From Nibricoccus sp. (GTDB taxonomy: Bacteria; Verrucomicrobiota; Verrucomicrobiia; Opitutales; Opitutaceae), in contig JASGHG010000001.1 in NCBI GenBank assembly GCA_047602425.1, positions 3,424,001 to 3,488,000 of the forward strand: a DNA stretch of 64,000 bases, read 5' to 3'. Numbering within the stretch: position 1 is the stretch's first letter; every line of letters starts with the position of its first letter. Below, piece by piece: positions 57,691-64,000 of the stretch. The position numbers and the translations under genes are program-made. Under the pieces are notes generated by a model. It had not been told where the DNA came from and made no database searches. It saw only the letters and a program-made list of their open reading frames with translations.

Positions 57691-59367
57691 TTATCTTGAG
57701 CAGGCGGTTCTTTCGCCGTCTTTGGATGGTTCCTTGCCAACCTTGAAAAACTGGATGGCGGTTTTAAGTTGTTCGGCTTGAGAGGCAAGTTGTTCGGAGG
57801 AGGAGGCGAGTTCCTCTGCGGCGGACGCGGTTTGTTGGATAATCCCGTCGAGCTCCTGCACGGCCTTGTTGATGTGCGCGGCGCCGGCATTTTGTTGTTC
57901 GGAACCCGTGGCGATTTCTTTGACCAGTTCAGCGGTCCGGCGGATGTTAGGCACAAGTTTTTCCAGCATCCGGCCGGTGGCTTCGGCGATTTCGACCGAG
58001 CCGGAGGAAAGTTGGTTTATCTCGCCGGCGGCGGACTGTGATTTTACCGCGAGTTTGCGGACCTCGCTCGCGACGACGGCGAAGCCTTTACCGTGTTCGC
58101 CGGCGCGGGCGGCTTCAATCGCCGCGTTGAGCGCGAGCAGATCGGTCTGGCGGGCGATTTCCTCAACGATGGAAATTTTTTGCGCAATGGTTTTCATCGC
58201 TTCGACCGTGCGGGTGACGGACTGCCCGGCTTTGATCGCGTCCTCGGCGACCTTGAGCGAGATCGCGTTGGTTTGTTGGGCATTGTCGGCGTTGTGTTGA
58301 ATCGATGCGGTGGATTCTTCCATCGCGGAGGAGACTTGTTGGACACTGGCGGCTTGTTCGGAAGCGCCAGTGGAGAGACTTTGGGCCGTGCCGGTGATTT
58401 GCTCGGCACCCGAGGCAACAGACTCCGCTGCGGCGGTTACATTTCCCACGACGATGCGAAGATTGAGAATCATCTTTTGCAACGCCTGGCCGAGAGTGTC
58501 GTGGTCAGACGTGAGTTTTACCTCGTGACTGAGATCGCCCTCGCTGATCTGGAGAGCCAGGTGGGCCTTAGTTTCGAGTGCCTCGGCCATGCGGTTTGCT
58601 GCGGTTGAAAGTTGGGCGATTTCGTCTTTGGAATCGTCGACGGGAACACGAATTTTGAGATTGCCGTCGGCGATTTGCCCGAGGCCGTGAGTAAGACGGC
58701 CGAGCGGCAGGGCGATCAGGCGGCGAACGGCGATGTACGCGAGCGCAACGAAAACGCCAATAATCGTAAGAATGGTGATCACCATCCAGAGCCGGCTGGA
58801 GCGCTTCAGCTCGACCAGGGAATCCGCAGCCTCGGCTTTGGCGCTTTCAAGTGATTCGGTAGTGAATCGGAAGGCGAGCACGCCTCCGATCTGGCCGGCT
58901 TTCCATTCGTGGCATTCGATGCAACTGGCCTTCGCCACCTGCGGTTGATAGATTTCAAAGGCCGCGTCAGTCTGACGCCTGATTTCCTTTGGCTCGGAAA
59001 GCAGCTGGGTTTTGAGTTCGGCAGGAAGCGTCTGACCGCGAAATTTTTTTTCGGAGGAATATCGGGCGACGCCTTTTTCGTCGTAGAGCGAAAATTCCAG
59101 AAGGCCTTTCACCTCACGCTGGGCGACGAGAATTTTTTCGAAGCGGCCCATCTCGCCGCGTTCCATGCTATCGACCGCCGCAAATTGCACGGCGCGACTG
59201 ACGTTTTCAGCGTTCATCCATTCGCGTGTTTCGAGAGCGGCCCGGGCTTCGTCAGCGAGATGTTTAAGCGCCTTGCTCCCACGGGATTGCTCAAAGATCT
59301 GCGATGTCAGTACGATGACCAATAGGACGGACAACAGACATAAGATGAGCTTGGCGTGGAGCTTCAT
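57691..59367 (-). CDS. Methyl-accepting chemotaxis protein with periplasmic CxxCH motif
   Basis: Two TMs, CIECH in the sensor region, HAMP and [37 protein letters not shown]. Confidence 0.93.
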   Translation of the reverse strand: MKLHAKLILCLLSVLLVIVLTSQIFEQSRGSKALKHLADEARAALETREWMNAENVSRAVQFAAVDSMERGEMGRFEKILVAQREVKGLLEFSLYDEKGVARYSSEKKFRGQTLPAELKTQLLSEPKEIRRQTDAAFEIYQPQVAKASCIECHEWKAGQIGGVLAFRFTTESLESAKAEAADSLVELKRSSRLWMVITILTIIGVFVALAYIAVRRLIALPLGRLTHGLGQIADGNLKIRVPVDDSKDEIAQLSTAANRMAEALETKAHLALQISEGDLSHEVKLTSDHDTLGQALQKMILNLRIVVGNVTAAAESVASGAEQITGTAQSLSTGASEQAASVQQVSSAMEESTASIQHNADNAQQTNAISLKVAEDAIKAGQSVTRTVEAMKTIAQKISIVEEIARQTDLLALNAAIEAARAGEHGKGFAVVASEVRKLAVKSQSAAGEINQLSSGSVEIAEATGRMLEKLVPNIRRTAELVKEIATGSEQQNAGAAHINKAVQELDGIIQQTASAAEELASSSEQLASQAEQLKTAIQFFKVGKEPSKDGERTACSR

Positions 59368-59450
59368 GGGGGCCTCTTCAGCAGCTATCGGCTGGAAGAG
59401 GCCTTTCTTAACCCGGGTGGGCGAACTAAACGCCGCGCAAGCCCGCTATC

Positions 59451-60680
59451 TCAAGTCTCTTGCGATCGATCGAGCCGGTCCATTTTTCGCAAAATCGGGA
59501 AGCGCCAGGCCCAGAGGCCCACAACCAGGAGCGTGCCGAGGCCTCCGATCACGACCGAGCGCACGGTGCCGAACCAGCCGGCAGTGACACCCGATTCGAA
59601 TTCACCAAGTTCGTTGGAAGCGCCGATGAAAAGCAGATTCACCGCGCTCACGCGGCCGCGCATGGCGTCGGGCGTGGCGATTTGCACCAGCGTTTGCCGG
59701 ATCACCACGCTGATCATGTCAGCCGCGCCGAGCACGGCGAGTGTTACCAGCGACAGCCAGAACGACCGAGACACGCCAAAGACAATGGTGCAGAAGCCGA
59801 ACAGTGCGACGTAGCCAAAAAGCTTTTTTCCTGCCTGCGTCCTGATCGGATGATGAGCCAGCCAGAGGGCGACTGCCGCGGCGCCGACCGCCGGTGCGCT
59901 GCGCAACAGGCCGAGTCCCCACGGCCCCGTATGCAGGATGTCGCTCGCGTAGATCGGAAGCAGGGCGGTGGCACCACCGAAGAGCACGGCGAACAAATCG
60001 AGCGACACCGCGCCAAGAATTTCCTGGCGTGAGAAAACAAATTTCACGCCTGTGAACAAGTCGGTCAGGCGCAAATTGGCGGTGCGCGTGATGGCGCGGG
60101 CTTTGATGCCTGCCATCAATGTCGCAGCGACGAGCAAGCAAGCGGCCGCGCAACCGTAGACGTAGGCGGGGCCGAGCAGGTACAGCAAACCCGCGGCCGC
60201 CGGGCCGGCGATGCTCGCGGCTTGAAACACCGACGAATTCCACGCCACCGCTCGCACGAAATCCTCCGGCGGTACGAGCAGCGGCAAAAACGATTGCGCC
60301 GCGGGCGCCAGAAATGCCCGTCCCACGCCAATCAGCGTGAGAACTCCATAAATTGCGCCGACTCTCGGATTCGGCGACAGCGTGATTGCCAGCATCGAGG
60401 CCGCGACGATCAGTTCCAACGACAGGCCGAAAACGATGACGCGCTTGCGCTCGAAACGGTCCGCGGCCAGTCCGCCCGGCAGCGTTAACAGAAACGCGGG
60501 CACAAATTGCGCCAAACCGACGACGCCGAGCGCAAACGGGCTCTTTGTCAGATCGTAAACCTGCCAGCCCACCGCCACGCCCATCATCATCATCGTAAAT
60601 GTCGCGAAGAACCGCGCGATCAGGAAGTTCCTGAAGTCGCGATGAGCGAAAACGGCAAAAGCGGACGAGCTGGAAATCAT
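59451..60680 (-). CDS. MFS transporter (EntS/DHA3-like)
   Basis: About 12 TMs with GLAADRFERK and DAMRGRV motifs. Confidence 0.9.
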   Translation of the reverse strand: MISSSSAFAVFAHRDFRNFLIARFFATFTMMMMGVAVGWQVYDLTKSPFALGVVGLAQFVPAFLLTLPGGLAADRFERKRVIVFGLSLELIVAASMLAITLSPNPRVGAIYGVLTLIGVGRAFLAPAAQSFLPLLVPPEDFVRAVAWNSSVFQAASIAGPAAAGLLYLLGPAYVYGCAAACLLVAATLMAGIKARAITRTANLRLTDLFTGVKFVFSRQEILGAVSLDLFAVLFGGATALLPIYASDILHTGPWGLGLLRSAPAVGAAAVALWLAHHPIRTQAGKKLFGYVALFGFCTIVFGVSRSFWLSLVTLAVLGAADMISVVIRQTLVQIATPDAMRGRVSAVNLLFIGASNELGEFESGVTAGWFGTVRSVVIGGLGTLLVVGLWAWRFPILRKMDRLDRSQET

Positions 60681-60815
60681 TGAGCGGGCGAAAATAGACG
60701 CCACTGTCTTGGTCGCGATTACAAAGTTGTTTGCACCGGCTCAGACACCCGCTTGCATGGGGAGCGCAGTTTTCACGTTTAACCACAAACCAGTTCGTTC
60801 TCTCCACAAAGCATC

Positions 60816-61931
60816 ATGAAGCCAACGGTCAAACCGGCTATTCCCAACTTCTCGTCAGGCCCTTGCGCCAAGCGTCCGGGCTACTCGCTCGCGTCGCTGC
60901 CCACCGATATTCTCGGCCGGTCGCATCGTTCGAGTTTGGGAAAATCCCGTCTCGCCAAGGCCATCTCTGAAACGAAAGCCATCCTCGGCATTCCCGCCGA
61001 TTACCGCGTGGGCATCGTGCCGGCTTCGGACACCGGCGCCTTCGAAATGGCCATGTGGACGATGCTCGGCGCCCGCCCCGTCGACGCGTTTCATTGGGAA
61101 TCGTTCGGTGAAGGCTGGGTGACCGACATTCAAAAGCAGCTCAAACTGCCCAACACCCGCGTATTCAAAGCTGAATACGGCAAGCTCCCGGATTTCTCCC
61201 AGGCCGACTTCACGCATGATATCGTCTTCACTTGGAACGGAACGACCGGCGGCGTGAAGGTGCCCAATGGCAACTGGATTCCCGACAACCGCGAAGGCCT
61301 CACGTTCTGCGACGCCACGAGCGCCGTTTTCGCCATGGAAATGCCGTGGTCGAAACTCGATGTGGTCACATATTCTTGGCAAAAAGTACTCGGTGGCGAA
61401 GCCGCCCACGGCATGCTGATCCTCTCGCCCCGCGCGATCGAACGTCTCAACACCTACAAGCCCGCCTGGCCGCTTCCGAAGATTTTCCGCCTCACTTCCG
61501 GTGGCAAGGTCTCGGAGGATCTTTTCGAAGGTTCGACGATCAACACGCCCTCGATGATCGCCAACGAGGACTATCTCGACGCGCTTGCCTGGGCGAAATC
61601 GATTGGCGGCCTGCCCGCGCTCATCAAACGCACCGAGGATAATTTGGCGGTGTTCGAACAGTTCGTCGCCACGCATCCGTGGATCAAATTCCTTGCGGCG
61701 GACAAGGCGACTCGCTCCAGCACGTCGGTCTGCTTCACCGTCGATGCCACGCCCGACCAGGTGAAGAAAATGGTCAAGCTGCTCGAAGGCGAAAAAGCCG
61801 CCTACGACTGCGGCGCCTACAAGGATGCGCCTCCGGGACTGCGTTTCTGGTGCGGTGCGACCGTCGAAAAAGCTGACATCGAAAAAGTCCTCCCTTGGCT
61901 CGAATGGGCCTACACGGAAGCGAAGAAATAA
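60816..61931 (+). CDS. serC: Phosphoserine aminotransferase (Methanosarcina/alphaproteobacterial type)
   Basis: [35 protein letters not shown] and NTPS motifs. Confidence 0.93.
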   Translation: MKPTVKPAIPNFSSGPCAKRPGYSLASLPTDILGRSHRSSLGKSRLAKAISETKAILGIPADYRVGIVPASDTGAFEMAMWTMLGARPVDAFHWESFGEGWVTDIQKQLKLPNTRVFKAEYGKLPDFSQADFTHDIVFTWNGTTGGVKVPNGNWIPDNREGLTFCDATSAVFAMEMPWSKLDVVTYSWQKVLGGEAAHGMLILSPRAIERLNTYKPAWPLPKIFRLTSGGKVSEDLFEGSTINTPSMIANEDYLDALAWAKSIGGLPALIKRTEDNLAVFEQFVATHPWIKFLAADKATRSSTSVCFTVDATPDQVKKMVKLLEGEKAAYDCGAYKDAPPGLRFWCGATVEKADIEKVLPWLEWAYTEAKK

Positions 61932-61935
61932 ATAC

Positions 61936-62009
61936 CAAGTAGCAAGGTCCAAGTTCCAAGAGACAGCCGGTTGCGGATCTCCTTGGAACTTGTAACTTGG
62001 CACTTGTTC
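61936..62009. repeat. Inverted heptamer array (4x CAAGNNN / 4x CTTGNNN)
   Basis: caagtag caaggtc caagttc caagaga ... cttggaa cttgtaa cttggca cttgttc. Confidence 0.85.
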
Positions 62010-62014
62010 CTTTG

Positions 62015-63550
62015 ATGAACACTCCCTCTTCAGGCATCGTTCACCTCGTCGGCGCCGGTCCCGGCGATCTTGGTCTCGTCACACTGCGCGCGAAAGAGCT
62101 CATTGCCGCTGCCGACGTGCTCGTTTACGACTATCTTGCCCATCCCGAACTGGTGAAATGGTGCAAACCGGAGTGCGAGGTCATCTACGTCGGAAAAAAG
62201 GCTGGTTTTCACTCTGCTCCACAAAGCGAAATTGAAGCTTTGCTCGTGAAACACGCTCAGGCAGGCAAGAACGTCGTGCGCCTCAAGGGCGGCGATCCGT
62301 TCGTCTTTGGTCGTGGCGGCGAAGAAGCGCGCACATTGGCGAAAAACGGAATCGCTTTTGAGATCGTGCCTGGCGTCACCGCCGCGCTCGCCGCCGGTGC
62401 GTATTCCGGAATTCCGCTGACGCATCGCAACACCAGTTCGGCCGTCGTTTTCCTCACAGGCCACGAGGACGTCGAGAAACACGAACTGATGATCGATTGG
62501 CGCAGTTATGGTGCACTCAAAGGCGCCACGCTTGCGATCTACATGGGCATGGGACACCTGAAGCAGATCATGTCCGAACTCATGGTAGGTGGCCTCGATC
62601 CCGCCATGCCCGCGGCTGTCGTGCAATGGGCTTCGCTCGGACGCCAGCGCAGCGTCGTCGCCACCGCGGCCACGCTGGCCGAACAAGTTGAAAAGGCCAA
62701 ACTTTCTTCGCCCGCGATCATTTTCGTCGGCGATGTGGTAAAAAATCACGAGCAAATCGACTGGTACGAGCAGTTGCCGCTCTTCGGACGTCGCGTGGCG
62801 ATCACCCGTACCCGCGATCAAAACAGCGAGTTGCGCGACAAGCTCGAAATTCTCGGCGCCGAAGTCATCGAACTCCCGCTCATCAACATCAGCAAGGATG
62901 TGAGCAAGGAGTCGCTGGTGGAGATCCTGGCCGAACTTGGTACTTACGATTGGATCGTGTTTACCAGCGCCAATGGCGTACGGTATTTCTTCGAGGAATT
63001 TTTCAAGGGCTTCAACGATGTCCGCAGCCTCGGCCTGCTGCGTTTTGCCTGCGTTGGCCGGGCCACCGCGCGCGAAATCGAAAGTTACAAAATCAAAGTC
63101 GAATGCATGCCCGACACCGCTACGGGCGACTCCCTCGCCGATGCGTTGATCGCGACGGGCAGCCTCGACAGCGCGAAGATCATCGTCGTTACCGGCAACC
63201 TGAATCGCGACAAGCTGGTGAAAAAGCTCGAAGCCGCGCGCGCGATTGTCGACCGGCTTCCGCTCTACAAGACGGAGAAAACCGACCTCGCGAGCGATCC
63301 GACCGCCGACGATTTCCGCCAGAAAGGCGCCGACGCGATTCTCTTCGCGAGTTCCTCCGCCGTCAGTTCCTATGCCGAGCAGGCATCTGCGCTCGAACTA
63401 GCTCCCGGAGCCAAAAAGCCGCTGATCGGCAGCATCGGGCCGCAAACGACCGAAACGCTCGACGACCTCGACTTGAGCCCGGATTTCGAAGCGAAAAAAC
63501 CGAGTCTCGACGCGTTGATCGAGGCACTTGTGGCAAAATTGAAGGCGTAA
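62015..63550 (+). CDS. cobA: Uroporphyrinogen-III C-methyltransferase / synthase fusion (CobA-HemD)
   Basis: LVGAGPGD, RLKGGDPFVFGRGGEE and PGVTA; HemD part FTSANGV, FASSSAV and IGPQT. Confidence 0.95.
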   Translation: MNTPSSGIVHLVGAGPGDLGLVTLRAKELIAAADVLVYDYLAHPELVKWCKPECEVIYVGKKAGFHSAPQSEIEALLVKHAQAGKNVVRLKGGDPFVFGRGGEEARTLAKNGIAFEIVPGVTAALAAGAYSGIPLTHRNTSSAVVFLTGHEDVEKHELMIDWRSYGALKGATLAIYMGMGHLKQIMSELMVGGLDPAMPAAVVQWASLGRQRSVVATAATLAEQVEKAKLSSPAIIFVGDVVKNHEQIDWYEQLPLFGRRVAITRTRDQNSELRDKLEILGAEVIELPLINISKDVSKESLVEILAELGTYDWIVFTSANGVRYFFEEFFKGFNDVRSLGLLRFACVGRATAREIESYKIKVECMPDTATGDSLADALIATGSLDSAKIIVVTGNLNRDKLVKKLEAARAIVDRLPLYKTEKTDLASDPTADDFRQKGADAILFASSSAVSSYAEQASALELAPGAKKPLIGSIGPQTTETLDDLDLSPDFEAKKPSLDALIEALVAKLKA

Positions 63551-63596
63551 CCGCCGGTCTTTTATCCTTGAATCCCGGAGCTGGTCCGCCGCCCGG

Positions 63597-63998
63597 TTAT
63601 TTCTTGGCGGTTGTGGCGGGCGGGAGTTTTTCCGCGAGGGCGGCGAATTCCTTTTTCACCGATTCGTTGGGGGCGACTTCGAGGCCGTGCTGGATGAGGA
63701 GGCGGCTTTTTTCGAAGTAACCGCAGTCCACGCCAATCGCAGCGATGCGATAAACGAGGCCGAGCCGGGTGGAGAATTTGAGTGCGCCGGGCATGAGATG
63801 GTTGAATTGATCGAGCGTGGGTTTGGCGTGGCTGTCATGCCACAGGCGCGCGAGCATGTCGTAGAGTTCGTACATTGGCGGCGGACATTTGGCGCCGGCC
63901 AGCAAGGCTTCTTCGATGGGTTTGAGATCGCCTGCTTTGACCGCACGTTTTTCCACCTGTGCTTTGGTTTGGATTTCGCCGGCGCGCAATCGGGCGAG
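63597..63998 (-). CDS. Hypothetical protein, C-terminal fragment (TPR-like end), truncated by the window
   Basis: Frame is open to the window edge, with helical protein-like composition. Confidence 0.65.
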   Translation of the reverse strand, partial: LARLRAGEIQTKAQVEKRAVKAGDLKPIEEALLAGAKCPPPMYELYDMLARLWHDSHAKPTLDQFNHLMPGALKFSTRLGLVYRIAAIGVDCGYFEKSRLLIQHGLEVAPNESVKKEFAALAEKLPPATTAKK

Positions 63999-64000
63999 TT

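Overview
GC-rich bacterial chromosomal window, most consistent with Opitutaceae (Verrucomicrobiota). This is inferred from a VPDSG-CTERM-like protein, an ECF sigma factor with a long membrane-anchored extension, and the overall gene content. Housekeeping genes include a UvrD/PcrA helicase, class I fumarase, kdsD, hemN, asd, tRNA-Val(TAC), ilvN-ilvC, hemC, serC and cobA-hemD. Signalling genes include three hybrid histidine kinases, a response regulator, a PAS-PP2C phosphatase, stand-alone MEDS and Cache-like proteins, and a CxxCH-containing chemoreceptor. Glycan-related genes include a three-gene L-galactose-type catabolic cluster, GH43-ricin, PL9 and three large secreted proteins. The most notable observations are: (1) three large secreted proteins with unrelated N-terminal domains share one C-terminal module (Ig-like domain, poly-Ser stalk, KGGG(G)AP motif, transmembrane helix, basic tail), a candidate lineage-specific GlyGly-CTERM-like surface-sorting system; (2) a tightly coupled atypical Hsp70 operon (unknown protein, GrpE-like, Hsp70 with inserted linker and domain, TPR-TM protein); (3) an ECF sigma factor followed by an overlapping sigma-less paralog of its own C-terminal domain; (4) several families of small intergenic palindromic or MITE-like elements, one apparently recruited into a signal peptide. 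No CRISPR array, rRNA, integrase or transposase was seen. All calls come from manual motif reading; no database searches were run.
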